Shown piece by piece: positions 36,232-49,403 of a DNA stretch of 64,000 nucleotides. The DNA is taken from NCBI GenBank assembly GCA_010093815.1, contig ML996567.1; one strand, 5' to 3'. The DNA is from Pseudovirgaria hyperparasitica (taxonomy: Eukaryota). The notes under the pieces were generated by a model that made no database searches, was not told the DNA's origin, and was given only the letters and a program-made list of their open reading frames with translations. Positions within the stretch are counted from its first letter, which is position 1. Each line of letters starts with the position of its first letter. A program made the translations under genes and the position numbers.

Positions 36232-37477
36232 GGTCGGCACAATGGTCCGATTGAACTCAAGTCAAAGCTTGCAGAACGTCTATGGACATGGGCTCGTCGG
36301 CGAGGTAGTCCTGGAAGACTGTCGTGTCGTCTCGAGGTACGTGTCGTCCTTTGACGAGCAAGATGAGCAAGACGAAAGACAACTGCGGGAGTTCAGGAAG
36401 TCAAGTCAGGGTCAAGGTAAGCGTCTCCGTGTCCCGTGAGAGGCGCTTAGATTGTGTATCAGCGTCCTTCCTTGTCAGGCAAGCGGACCGGCTAAAGCGA
36501 GTAGGGTGTGATGCTGGAGGGTGGAGGTGAGCATTGAGGGCACAGCCAGATTGCTCAGCCCAGCCTGTCAAGCACACGAGAAATGAGTCGTTGGTCCCGC
36601 CGCTGGTCCCGCCCGCTTTGGGCGTGATTTTCCTCAGTGTGGGGCAGGGGGCGGGGCTGGAAAGCTGGGGTAAAGACTGCCGAGATGCGGGGCCGCAAGT
36701 GCATAGGCGCGCCATGGTTCGTTGCAGGCGCCGGCGTGAGTGAGTGATATATTCATCTCTCAGTGTGTCTCGCTCATTCAGTCATGAATTCAACTCCACG
36801 CAGTCAAAGGGCTAAAACACGGGCAAGAAGCTAGATTCATGCTTACAATCAATTACGCTGCGTTCGAACAGACAAGTCCAGCAAAGCATGGCAAGTTAAA
36901 GACGTGAAGTCAAGACAACAATTACGAATGACTGGCAGTGTCATCAAGCCTCGTGATGTTGTTGTATTTTGATAGAAGTAATCCTCCCGTCCATTCGTTG
37001 TCCGCTGGCATCTTCCTAGCCATTCGGATACGGAGTACAACCCAGGCATAACCTTCAATAACAATCGTCAAGCTCGACCGCTTCGTGCATTCGAAACCAG
37101 CACACAAAGTATTTTTCACAGACCCATAAGTTTTGTCAACAAGTGAGAGGCTAGAACCAAGTTTGAGAAAACAGACGTCCATCCACATGGACAATCAACA
37201 GCCAGTGTTACAGCTGTGTAAGAGAGGGGTTTGAGTACTCCAAAAAGCGAAACATTTGAAAGGAAAAGATGAGATTCATAATACAGTCTTTCGCAGGCAG
37301 AATGCACTGCAAATGATTTCTTTAACCGGCCAACCGATATGCGTGTAATGTTACTGGCGGCTAAAGAGAAAGACCAACGTCTCCCATCACCACCATCGAA
37401 TTATTGCCTTCAAGTGAGGATGCTGCTGACTCCTAGTGCTTCGTCCTTCCAAACAAGAATTGCATCCCACAAAGACT

Positions 37478-40419
37478 CTAATGACCTTGGTAATTGGAGC
37501 TCCAACCTCCGCGGTTGTAGCCGCCTGAGTTGTTGTAACCACCATATCCACCGCCAAATCCATAGCCTTGACCCTGGTGTGCTTGGTGTTGTCCTTGGTG
37601 ACCCTGACCACCTTGATGACCACCACCCAGACCTCCAAGACCACCACCATATTGGCTGTTCTGGCCGCTCAGATGGTTAGGATAGCCACCGCTGAAGCCT
37701 TGTTGATGGGACTGTGGGGCTGGGAGTCCTGCATTGCCAGCTCCACTAGTGTTCGTAGCAGATCCAGGTCGGCCAGGTTGGTTGAGTGAAGGGCTTGGTC
37801 CTGCGTTTGACTTGGACTCGCCAAAGGGCTTCAGCGAATCCTCCGTTCCAGATTGCTGTCCACTTTGTTGCTGCTGTTGTTGTCCATACTGGCTCTGGCT
37901 CTGGAATCCGCTTTGCTGGCGTCCAAACCCTTCAGATGCACCACCGAATCCAGATGCGCCGTGCTGTTGCGAGGAAGGCTGAGTAGAGCCTGAACGGCCA
38001 TAGTCACCGAAGCCACCGCCTAAGCCACCTTCGCGTCCTTGTACGGAAGAGTGACCAAATCCACCCGCATTTGCAGGAGAAGATGAATGCTGATCGAATG
38101 AGCTTTGTGGAGACATGCCGTAACCGTAATGGGGTTGGTTGTGCATGCCACTCTTTCCGCCTCCACCGTATGGACCATAGCCTTGGTTACCATAGCCACC
38201 ACCATATTGATTCATCTGATTCATATAACTCTGGTAGTATGGCTGGCTGTAGTACGGATGATTATAACCTCCGTAGCCCCCGTGTCCAGAATGTTGTTGG
38301 TGCAGGTTGTGGCCGGTCTGTTGAGATTGCGCACCATGTTGACCACTTGAAACCGGGTTTGGCGTGTTGTTTCCGCTGTTCTGAGCATCGGTATATCGAG
38401 ACTGTGGTTGCTGGGCCTGTGACGCGGGAAAGGCAGGTTCACCTGAGGCGGACCCAAAAGCGCTTCCGGCGCGTTGCTGGCCCGCTCCGGCGTCTTGACT
38501 AGTCGCCGGCTGCTGGCCTGGCTGACCGTATGAATTGTTATAGTAATTTTGATACTGGGTGCGTTGATGATCGGTCGTGTAGTAGGAGGTCAAATCATTC
38601 GGGGTAGATGTATAGCCACCAAGGCCTGACGGTGCAGGTTGCGGCTGTTGGCTCGGGCCTTGGGACTGAGAAGGATAGGTTTCGAACGGAGTCGAATGGG
38701 GAGCTTGGTGGCCGAATGGATCATACGACTTTTGCTGGGTAGGAGCGGTCGCCTCGGCTGATTGTCCGTAGCGGCTGAACTGGTTATATTGCTGGTTTCC
38801 TGGAGCCCCTTGTGTGAGACCAGGCGCTCCTCCGAGTGTAGTTGACGGAGACTGCTGTTGAGGAACTGGTGGAAGTCCTGGTGCCTGCTTGGGAGTCGGC
38901 ACTGCCTCGAGAGGTGCTTGCTCAGCCGAAGCGGAAGTGTGCCGGGGTACTGGTGGGAGAGACGTCCTCGGCTGTCCTGTTGGTGAATGCTGAGGAGGCT
39001 GCTGACGAGTCTCTGCTGCTTCCCGCTCTTCATCCACGTCGAGATCTGCATCGGCATCGCCGTTCAGGCCTAGGCTCCCGAATTGGACGGCGGCCCGGTC
39101 GACCGCATTGTGCCCTGGCATTACGACGGCTTCGTGTTGCTCAAACAGTCTACGTTGATAGCTCGCACTTCGTCCAGGTGTGGCCGTCGCTTTCAAAGCA
39201 GTGGCAGCATACCCGCCCATAGGTGGACGAGGCAGAGCAGCAGGGGTACTTTGACCGGCGGGTGTTGCGTTGCCAATCACACTTGACGCATCAATAGTGC
39301 TTGCGACGGTCTCTGTGAGAGCAGGCTGTTCAGTAGCGTCTGGCAGATGCTCAACATTCTCTTCGGTAAGCTCATCCTTCGAGGGAGTGAGCTGGGGCTC
39401 AGGATCTTCTGATACGACAGGCGGAGTCTTATTCTCTGTGATGGATACATCAGGAACAATTTCGACTTCATCTGCGATTGGAGGAACCAATGATGCTGCT
39501 TCGCTCGATTGTGCTTCTGTAGTCGGGAGCGTCGATTCTGGGGCAGATTCGGGCACTGGTACATGAACCTGAGCTACTGGCTTCGGTGGAGCAGGTGCAG
39601 GCTTTGGAGCTGCAAACATACTGGCCCAAGTCTTTCCAACACCTGGCATGGTCGAGGCCTTCGAAGGCTCGGCAGCAACAGCTGCAGGCTCAGCCGCAGA
39701 AACCTTGGACGCTGGAAGTTTCTCAGCTTGAGTTTCTGCTTGGTCCCATGCTCCTGTGGATTCAGACGTTTCAGCAGGGCCGCTTGTATTATCCCATGCC
39801 GTGGATTCCGCTGTTGGAACGGATGTTTCGCCTTCTGTAACGCGCGGAGTAGTTGCAATAGTATTCGTGGCACCACGACCACCGCGAAAGCCACTCCGAC
39901 CTCTCTCGCCGCGACCTCGTCCAGCACGAGGCCCATCAATTCCGCGACCCCGACTTCCGCGGGTTGTTGGGAGAGTATCGGCGCTGTTTGCGGACGCATC
40001 CTTGACCTTCGAGCGAGAACGGTCCTTGGTCTTCTTTTTCACGTCTGCGAATTGAGCAACGTTACCTACAGAAATGTTAATGTCACGTCGTACTGATGTG
40101 TGGGCTGATGTAGTGAGATCTGAGTGAAAAAAATACCTTCTGTGATCTTGTCAATAGTCCGCTCCAGGTCGCCATCAGAGTCTTGCAAGCCTAAAAGCAG
40201 ATCCATGTCTGTCCAGTCTGGAAACATTTCCTTCAAGGTTGACAACTGAGCACGGTACGTTTTCTTGAGCTCAGCCAATTCTCCCTCATCTGCAGTGTGG
40301 TCTACGACAGCGGACGAGTCTCCATTCGGGTGTTTGCTACGAGGAGCACCTCGGAATCCACCTCGCCCTCTGACAGAGCTTCTGCCGCGACCAGAAGGCC
40401 TAGATTGCACTTCGGACAT
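37478..40419 (-). CDS. DEF1: RNA polymerase II degradation factor Def1 (CUE domain plus low-complexity tail)
   Basis: Exons 40419-40137 and 40065-37478. CUE-like LKEMFPDWTDMDLLLGLQDSDGDLERTIDKITEG, conserved EAVVMPGHNAVDRAAVQFGSLGL, and a G/Q/S/Y-rich C-terminus. Confidence 0.88.
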
Positions 40420-41383
40420 TATGTATGGGATATGCAGAGGGTGCGAAAGGATCGCGTGGGAGGGTGTAAAGGTTAAGAAGGTTCGAGGTAGAGAATCGAG
40501 GGATGACGAAAGCTGCTAGCGAAGAGCACTAGCCAAGTGAACAAAGGTGGTTCTGGGCAGCCGAGATGGAGCGGCAGCAGCCTGTTGGAGGGCCTTCTCT
40601 TGTGTATGAGAAAACCTTGCGAAAATGCGTTGTAAAGTGCGCCGTACGTTGATGAGAGAAGGGGAGGGTTTTACATGTAGGAGAAGAGGAGAGAAAGTCA
40701 GTTTGCGCGTGAGAGAAAGACGCGAACAAGGAACAAGACCTGTGGAGAGAAAAGTCCCTGCGCTCAGCCCTGTGAACGAATTGATCATGACAGTCGTTCA
40801 CCGCTGTATCATCATCACCTTAAAGTCATGTTGTCTTAGACTGAACCTTCACGCTGTCTATCTTATCAATAATGGTAACTCAACTCGGACAGCTTTTACG
40901 AGGCTTTGTCTGTCAATTAATGCGTCTCATATTTCTTGTACAAATTGTTGAGACGAAAGGGCACGCAAGCTAGGGCTGTCGACAGTGCGTGCCAACATAC
41001 AGTCCTATGCTACTATGTACCAGGCCCAGCAGCTGGGAAGACATAAAGTGAATGACACACACACAAGCTCTGGCATTTCTGTCTGGAACGCATAAGACCT
41101 TTAAGCTATGATTATATATTACATGACAGAATAGGGTCAGACAGACAGCGACGCGCAAAGACTTTTACACCAGCCACTCCGGCACTAGGAATGCGCGCCA
41201 CATCTGCATGACCTCGATCACGATCACGACTCACTCAAGCATCCACTTCAGGCATCAAGAACCTGAAGATCAGTGACCACCTTTGCTCTGCGGTCGTCAT
41301 AACTCCGCATTGATCTGACACTCCTATGATCAATTCTCTGGCCTCCAAGATGCTCAATTCATAATTGTTGCCCCTCCTACACT

Positions 41384-42721
41384 ATGCTCTTCGCGCCGCG
41401 TACTGTGCGCAGAAAACCAGCGTCGTCCGCTTTGCACACCTCCGCTAGACAGGCTTTCAAACTATGGAAGCTCTTCGCTTCTGGGGCCCAACTTCCGCTC
41501 AGCCAGCGACAATCTCAACAACTCCTCGATACCCTTAAAAATTCCTTCCGTAGCCACCTTGATCGAGAGCATCCCCCGTCTGCGTCCGAGCCTACACACC
41601 CGGTCTTCTCCCATCCCGCATTGCCTGCTCCAGCGTCGAAACGATCGTCTGCCACGAACTCGCGCTCGGTGACAGATGGACATCTCCACTCTATCCTAAA
41701 CAATCCTCTGTTTGCTGTCAAGCCGACACAGGAATCCATACCGTCACTTGTTAACGATCCCTTGGGTTGGTTCCGCGGCCAGGTCGCCTTAGGGGCCGCC
41801 ACTGTGCCCAAGGCCGTTGCCTGTCTCGACACACTGCAGGCGAAGGGATATTTGATACCCGATGGATCAGGCGATAACAAGGCGAAAAGGCACCTTGTGG
41901 GCTCCTTAGTCTTAGACTGGATTAATATCAGTGGGCTGGACACGTCTCGGGAATATATGAAGAGTCAAGAGCTGAGCGCTCTTCTGACCAGATTTGTGTA
42001 CGCCGAAGACCGAGAGGACGTGATCATGGACTGGCTGGGCTTACCATCATCCGTCGCTGTGAAATGCGAGTTCAATGTTGCGGAATTCCACTTGTGGAAG
42101 TTGCGAGTCATGATCACATATCTTAAACTAAACCTAGCCATAAACGCCGATTCTGGATTAATAGCATTCCTGCGCTCATGGGATGTCCTGAAACTTCACG
42201 ATCCAACCAATAGGTACACACGAAAGAAAGCCGCCTTATTCTTAATCAAATATCTCGTCAGTCAACCCGAAGGAAAACCTCTAAAGTGTTCACCTACATT
42301 ATACGAGGATATCATAACACAAACGCCCGGCCTGCTGGGCAGAGCACCGTTCTTTGAAGCATTCTTGTGGCTACACCACCCCACAAATCCAAAGACTTCT
42401 TTTGCGACGGAACTCATATCTCGTAAATATGACGAGACGCTCAAAGTGCATGGACACCAACGGCCACCTGGAAAAGTTGGCGAATCCATCGACTGGTTGG
42501 AAATATTCTACTATGATCTCATGCAGCGATTACTCGAGGAAGGGAGGGAAGTAGAGGCTGTTCAGGTTCTTGGAAAGGCCCAGTTGTACAAGAAGAAAGC
42601 ATCCGCCACTCCATCTGCAGTAACGCCTACGTCAACCAGCATTCGAAGCAGATATAAGACGGTTGACAGCAAGGGCGAGGCAGAGAGCTTGGGTTATTTA
42701 AATGATCTAGGACTGACATGA
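41384..42721 (+). CDS. Conserved hypothetical protein (445 aa), possibly mitochondrial
   Basis: Long intronless ORF with a basic, acid-free N-terminus. The motif LPLSQRQSQQLLDTLKNSFRSHLDREH...HLHSILNNPLF resembles a Pezizomycotina hypothetical family. Confidence 0.75.
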   Translation: MLFAPRTVRRKPASSALHTSARQAFKLWKLFASGAQLPLSQRQSQQLLDTLKNSFRSHLDREHPPSASEPTHPVFSHPALPAPASKRSSATNSRSVTDGHLHSILNNPLFAVKPTQESIPSLVNDPLGWFRGQVALGAATVPKAVACLDTLQAKGYLIPDGSGDNKAKRHLVGSLVLDWINISGLDTSREYMKSQELSALLTRFVYAEDREDVIMDWLGLPSSVAVKCEFNVAEFHLWKLRVMITYLKLNLAINADSGLIAFLRSWDVLKLHDPTNRYTRKKAALFLIKYLVSQPEGKPLKCSPTLYEDIITQTPGLLGRAPFFEAFLWLHHPTNPKTSFATELISRKYDETLKVHGHQRPPGKVGESIDWLEIFYYDLMQRLLEEGREVEAVQVLGKAQLYKKKASATPSAVTPTSTSIRSRYKTVDSKGEAESLGYLNDLGLT

Positions 42722-45324
42722 AGCCACCCGTGGCTGTCCTCAAATATCTACAGCAGAACGATGCGTGAGTAAGTCATTTGAAGACTGGCGACTTAAAACT
42801 ACTATCACTGGGAGTCAGCTTCATCAAATGAGAGCCTTTAGTGTAGCATCTGCCATGGCAGTCTATCCTCGTCGAGAGTTTCCTAGCTCTGCCGCGGAAC
42901 GTAGCTGGGCGTTTCCAGGCAGACACTACAGGTATCAGCAAGCCAGAACACTGGGACGAACACGAGCTGCCAAGTAGGGCGGGCTCACGGGTCTTCGAGC
43001 TTCCTGGTGTCTGTGAGACTACTGGGTATAGATACCGGCTGGCTGGAGCCTTGCGTAACGTGTCCCAACATACGACACCCGGGTTTTCCAATACATGTAC
43101 GTTGATCTTGACTATTGACATATCGGAATGTCGATTCATACGCACCACTTTGCAGAGCGGCATGATCATTCCTGTGGTCTTCACAGTACATGACACCAAT
43201 TGCACGTCTGCTTGCCTGTGATGGCGAGCAGACGTTGAATGAGTGGATGATAGCCACCTTTGGCTTCAGCTGACCCACATCCTGGCTTCGGTTTGCCACG
43301 CCTCACATCGCACATGTGCTTGCAAGTGGCCTCTTTTGAATGGTCTGAAGCTCGGGTGTTCATACAGCTTGATTTGAGCTTATAGAGATTTGAGCCCAAT
43401 GCCCAGGCATCTCGTGCTTCGAAACTTGGTGCCCTGGTCGTTGCATGTAGGAAGGGCATAGCATGGAGGCGAAGATGCCTGGACAGTTGCTATAAAAACA
43501 GATGCGGCGGGGGTCATGCAGGCTTTAGAAGGCGTTCGAGAAAGGTCTTCCATTAGGCGACGCCATGGGTCTTGGGTGCCAGGGGCATCAGGACGGAGTC
43601 GTGTGGCGAGGCGTCCAATGTGTTGGCTCTGCGTGCGGCTGAGCTAGCATCTGGTGGACAGGGGACAACGTTATTCGAAGCCTTTTACGCTTTGCGGTTT
43701 TCGTTTGCAGCAGTTGTCCTGAGACCTGCTTGGAAAGGCGTACAATGAATGGGTTGAACACTGGTCAGAAAGCCGTGGCTCGTGGAGACGAATGCCAGCT
43801 CATCGATTATTTCGAAGTATCATTGTGTGTGGCTGCATGACCTATGTATCTTATGTATCCCGTGCTGTGCCTGAACTCATCATCTCATGTAGCGTTCGTA
43901 TAGCGAGCGTTATAGACGAAGAGACTAAATCCCTCGGAAGGCGGACTGGCGATCATTGTCTACTGTTGCATCCAGCATCCACCGTCCACCTTCACGGCCC
44001 GGGGAAAGATCTAAAGCTGACTGTGCCCGCTGCCCGCATCCCCATCCACGTTCTCACTTTCACCAGTCATCATTGACCTTTCGTCCACAAAGGCTGTAAT
44101 ATTAGTTATGGAGCGACCCGTCCTATCCTGGTTGTTGATCGCCCCTTCAAATCTTACGCGAGCGCGGCGGCGGCGGCGAGATGAAGATGTGTTGTGTCGT
44201 CTTATTGATCTCGCTCATCACCTTGAGCAACGGCGATTCATCGCCATCACCGTCATCCTCAGTCAATATTCATCATATTCAGCGCCCTCGCCTACGCCCA
44301 CGCGGCCGTGTCCCCTCGCACGGCATTTGTCGTCGTGCCGTACCCACGGCTCGCATTGTTGCGTGATTCCACCCCAGTTGATCGCATTCTCGTCTGCGCG
44401 ACTTCTGCCTGCCTGACTGCATGCACCGACATGCACGCCAATGCCAATGCCAATACCAATGCCACTTATGGCTAACAACTCTAGCTACAGCTACCGCTAT
44501 AGGAACAAGAAAAGCGATGAAAAAAGAGGGTCTGCAACAACGGGAACGGGCACCACAATCCCCCCCTGCACACCACGTCCGGACACGGACGGACCAAAGG
44601 CAGGGAGGCAGAAAATTCACGCTGTTTCGTCCTTAGTTGTCCCTTACTCTACTTCTGACGTCCGTCCATGATCGTGTCCTGAGCGCCAACACGCCCACGC
44701 CCACGCATATGGCCCCCACAAATTACTACTGCGGATATTTCAATCCGCCTCTATTATAGGAAGACTTTTCTCAGCCTTGTGGTGCTCAAACTCTTCTCCT
44801 TGACGCCAACCTCTCCGCGGACTTTAATCAATGGTGACTGCATGACTTGGAAGGCTTGGGAGATCGTGATCGCGAAGGATCATGCATGTAGCTTTGTGAC
44901 AAGTCTGATGACGAATCGCCCATCGCGGGCTCTATACCGAACAAAGCTCTGGCGGCCTGTCCATGGCACGATGGGAGTACTGCTGGGGTGACGGTGAGCT
45001 GGTTCGTGGCGTGCTCATTCTGTTGGCGCTGCGTGGTGCAGCATGGTCCGCACAGGTGGAATCTATATACATGATCGTTATGGACCCTGCTGGCTATTTG
45101 TGCTGCGTACGGACTGCTCCCGGCGACCTGGGTTAGTAAAAGGTAGGTGCATACCATGAATATATACTAGTCTCCGGACTGTGAAGCTGTATTTGGCCTC
45201 GATTTGCTTTTGTCCTGTGGCTTCCACCGCCCCAGTCCTTGCATCTCTGCATATTACTTGAAGCTGGCCCTCCTCCCCCAAAGCTTGAGCCGGACTTCCT
45301 GTGAAACATAACAAGCCGTTCGTT

Positions 45325-47469
45325 ATGTTGTCAATGTCTCATGCAGACGAGGTTTCAAATCCGCAACTTCTTTCCGTTGAACATGCTCTTCGTCGGTATG
45401 TCTATATTCAGCTGCCCTTCTTGCTACCATTCTGACAGTTGCCCAGGTGCAATGAAGAAAGGTACCAACGACGACAGAAGCGAATCGAGTATAATATCTT
45501 CATAGCCTCATTGAGTGAGCAAAAAGTTTCACGAAGATCTTCTGCTCCTCCTGTCAATACCTGGCAAGCTCCTCTTCCGATATCAATCCAACCCTCTAAT
45601 GGCTCCCCCTCCACTCGATCATCCATTTCTTCCTTCAACTCTCTACGATCATCGGTCGGAATCGCATCTAAACGTACTTCATTGTCTTCTCTGGAAACGA
45701 CTTTCTCGTCACTCTCTCTTTCAGGTAGCTCGGTAAAATCTTTCGCTTCATCCAAGTCACGTCTCGACCTAGCTCAGACCCGCAGGTCCACCATCTTGGA
45801 AGGATTGTTGGAGTACCGAGATCATTTCCTCCCCGCACGGTTCTTCCGTACTCTACCTGAACAGATCTACGACAACATCCTTAACCAGTTGCGGATAGTT
45901 CATTTTGGTAAGAACAAGGCAGGCTGTGTGGAATGCTACCTTCGAGACTTGAGGAGTCTGTCGCGAACGAGTCGAGCATGGCAGCGACTAGCCGAGAAGC
46001 ACATGTTCGTTCTACCTAGTCTTTTCTCCTTTTTCCCCAAGCCTTTTGACTGTACTTCTGTTAGTAGTGACTAACCTGTGCGTAGGTTCGAAGTGCTTTA
46101 TATATCCAAGAGTCACATTACTTCAGAGAACAAGATCCTCAAGAGCAAATCTACCAGTCGGCTAAAGCTACTTCGAAGCAAGCTCCGATCAAGATCAGAT
46201 CTCGCAAAACACGTTCGGGTTTTACGAATTGATGCCGATGTAATGGAATTCTACCATCGCGCCTCACTCAATGATAAGACTCATATCATCGACGCATTCG
46301 CATCGTTAGTAATGGCTTGTCCGAATCTAAATAGACTGGAAGGCTTCTACCTCGAATACGACCAAACCTTCGATCGCCTTTCTCAAGCTCTCGCGAGCAG
46401 ATCCCAACTCACCGAAAGAATTTGGCGCCTCTCCGCTCCAGCACCTTCTATCCGACGAGTCGACGACAATTTCCTCAACCACAGCGATCTATGGAGCGCC
46501 TCTTTGACGTCGCTAGTGTTACAAGGGCCCGGAACGGAAGGTTGTGTCGACTACAGGGCCTTTGTAGGCACCTTCCGTAAACTGCCAAGGCTCAAGCGAC
46601 TCGTGATCGCGAATTTTGCTGCTCAGGACTTTCATGACCGTACAATGGCCGCTTTACCCGCAGTCACTTCGCTTCGTCTAGAGAGGCTTCCCGGGGTCTC
46701 GGACAAGGGAGTCGCCCGATTTGCGGGCTCGGCGGCTGCAAAAGCTGTGAGGAACCTGACGCTTATCAATCTGGATATAAAGAATATAGGAACCGTGAGC
46801 GACGTGCTTGAGCGACTGGACTTGAAGCGCTTCTCGTTACAGCAGGACCCTCCGCCGGCTTGTCCTCTTGATCCTGCGATTGAAGTCCTGTTACTCGGCT
46901 CTCCGACTCTGGAATATCTGCACTGGGATGTTCTCACCCTGAGTCCAACGCATGACTTTCTTTTCGACTCGATAGCAGCAGGGAACTTTCCTAGTCTCCA
47001 CCAAATCAGATGTATAAATGACCACAACGGTCTTCTTCAAAGCGTCTGCCGCCCCGCTGCCCAAGCGATACTCAATTCTGACGACCACCTGATCCACCGC
47101 ACGTCAAAGCGCACATCTGCAATAGCAGGTTTACGCTCTTTAATGACAGTACGCCGAACAGCGCAAGATCGTATCGATGAGGCTCGCTCTCGACCAGTAG
47201 CGAAAATCATTGTCGAGGAAGACGGCAGAGTTCAAAGCATTCACGAGATCGGCGGTTTCATAGGACAAATAGGCTCAGCCATCGACTTCATGCTGGAACC
47301 TGACATTGAAGGCAGCGACACGGCACTAGCACAAGTGGACGATATCTTCGAAGGGTACGGAAAAGGTGGATTGATCAAAGCGCCTGTGTGTGGAGGAGGC
47401 GTCAAGCAAGAATGGTCTCATAAGGCCAGGTTCCTTTGTGTTCAGGTTGATACCAATTCGTTGTTTTGA
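45325..47469 (+). CDS. F-box-like / leucine-rich (RNI-like) hypothetical protein
   Basis: Exons 45325-45395, 45447-46004, 46086-47469 join in frame. F-box-like FRTLPEQIYDNILNQL...CVECYLRDLRSLSRTSRAW is followed by LRR-like units (ACPNLNRL, LPRLKRLVI, LPAVTSLRL, FPSLHQI). Confidence 0.7.
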
Positions 47470-47918
47470 GGGTTATTGAGGAGCAAGGGTGCTGAGATAG
47501 GTCAGGATATGAATCAAGCGAACACAGTACTATGAGCATAACAAATGTAGCATTTTACGTTGCATATCTATTCGCGTATGCTTGATACCAAATCTTCTCG
47601 AAGGCCTTTAGACCTGTCACAGGTATTTTTGTCTTTTAATCAGCCAATTCTGGTTAGGCTTGAGATGCTAAATACGGGGATCCGATTTAGATCAACTCGG
47701 TCGAAGCGTCCGAACGGGCGCCCGGACCACATTCGACCCGCAATGCCGAGGCGTAGAAGTGTAACAGCACTAAGTAGCGTCTGAGTGAAGGTCCGCGATT
47801 CAGAGTGTCTGCTGATGTCGTCGAATATATTGCCTCGTACCTCACTACCACCACCCTCCTCTTCCCTCCTTTTTCAAACTCATCCATTTGTCAGACTAAT
47901 TGCACGACATTCGACGAG

Positions 47919-49403
47919 ATGGACGGACCGACGGCTGCAATCCTGAAGCTTCTGGTCCCTCGCATACCATTCATCTTCAAGACTATAGCTGCACACTCGC
48001 TATGGATGTCGGACACGTCCTCGTTGTGGAACTTGCGAAGTGAGCTTACGATAAAGATCCTCCGTGACATCCTCCTCAATGGCCCTCCTACCACCATCAC
48101 GAAGCAGCAGAAGGGAGCAATGAAAGACCCTGGAATCAAAGGAAATATGTGGGTGTCCAAGGTCACAATGCCCGCGCCACTCGAAGACGATGCGCGCCAG
48201 CTTCTTTTTCAGATCATCGAGGAGTTGAAGGAAGGTGAAATCACATACAAACAACCGCCTCCACAGCCTCTCGAAGCAGAATGGACCGGCTACAGAGCAA
48301 ACGCAAAGCCTAACGCCCCCGAACTCCCCATCAGCGAGGCGGAAAAGTACGATCGCATGATGGAAGAAACGACTAGTCCAACGACTCTCCTCTATTTGCA
48401 CGGCGGTGCACACTACCTCATGGACCCATGTCTCTATCGTGACTTTGCCAGCAGAATGGGGAAGTCTACCGGTGGCCGCGTCTTCAACGTCCGCTATCGC
48501 CTTGCGCCTCAGAACCCCTTTCCTGCTGCTGTCCTCGACGCACTCATGGCCTATCTCGCTCTCCTATACCCGCCTCCCGGCTCCCACCACAAGCCCGTCC
48601 GCGCGCAAGACATTGTGTTCGCCGGCGACTCCGCCGGTGGCAATCTCGCTGTCGTCCTCCTCATCGTCGTCACGCACCTTCACCAGAACTCCCCGTCCAC
48701 GTGCCCGACCGTCGTCTTCAACGGCCAGACAGTCGATGTCCCCCTCCCCGCCGGCTGTGCCGTACGCTCGCCCTGGCTCGACATGAGTCGCAGCATGCCC
48801 TCAATCATGGGCAACCTTGCCATCGACTACCTCCCGCCGCCCGACAAGGAGCGTTCACAGACAGAGGCCACGCCGCCGTGTTCCGTGTGGCCTGCTGACC
48901 CGCCGCGCGTGACGCTGTACTGTGAAGGCAACGCCTTGCTGCACCCACTCACATCGCCGCTCGCACAGAAGTCGTGGGCACATGCGCCGCCGATGTATTT
49001 CTCCCTTGGCGAGGAGATGATGCTCGATGAAGCGCTGGTTGTGGCACAGCGTGCGGCACGGCAGGGTGCGGTTGTGGACGTCGACTTCTTCGCGAAGATG
49101 CCGCATGTGTTCAGCATGCTTCTAGACAGTCTGCCTGCGAGCGACGTGTGTCTGGACAAATACGCGGCGTTCTGCAAGAATGTGGTGGAGCGGCCGGCGG
49201 AGGTGGTGAGCAAGGCACGTTCGATTGCGCCGAAGACGTTGGCGGAGACGGAGATGGATGTGAAGGCGCTGGCGCCGGCGGAGCTGACGGACGAGAAAGT
49301 GCGGGAGTTGATGTTGGGTGGGCAGAAGTACCAGTTTGAGCGGTTTGAGGAGGAGACAAAGAAGAAAGAGATGATGAAGAATAAGGGAGGTGCGAAGCTA
49401 TAG
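47919..49403 (+). CDS. Alpha/beta-hydrolase, hormone-sensitive-lipase family esterase/lipase, with PTS1
   Basis: LYLHGGAH oxyanion motif, YRLAPQNPFPAA, GDSAGG nucleophile elbow, SPWLD, His in MPHVF; ends -AKL*. The first ATG in the ORF is at 47919. Confidence 0.88.
   Translation: MDGPTAAILKLLVPRIPFIFKTIAAHSLWMSDTSSLWNLRSELTIKILRDILLNGPPTTITKQQKGAMKDPGIKGNMWVSKVTMPAPLEDDARQLLFQIIEELKEGEITYKQPPPQPLEAEWTGYRANAKPNAPELPISEAEKYDRMMEETTSPTTLLYLHGGAHYLMDPCLYRDFASRMGKSTGGRVFNVRYRLAPQNPFPAAVLDALMAYLALLYPPPGSHHKPVRAQDIVFAGDSAGGNLAVVLLIVVTHLHQNSPSTCPTVVFNGQTVDVPLPAGCAVRSPWLDMSRSMPSIMGNLAIDYLPPPDKERSQTEATPPCSVWPADPPRVTLYCEGNALLHPLTSPLAQKSWAHAPPMYFSLGEEMMLDEALVVAQRAARQGAVVDVDFFAKMPHVFSMLLDSLPASDVCLDKYAAFCKNVVERPAEVVSKARSIAPKTLAETEMDVKALAPAELTDEKVRELMLGGQKYQFERFEEETKKKEMMKNKGGAKL

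Noticed and set aside
40763..40818. TGATGA...CTGA on minus upstream of DEF1
   Set aside because: Too short and no recognisable guide; likely chance.
42774..43800. Several overlapping short - strand ORFs
   Set aside because: No consistent frame, splice structure or domain motif.
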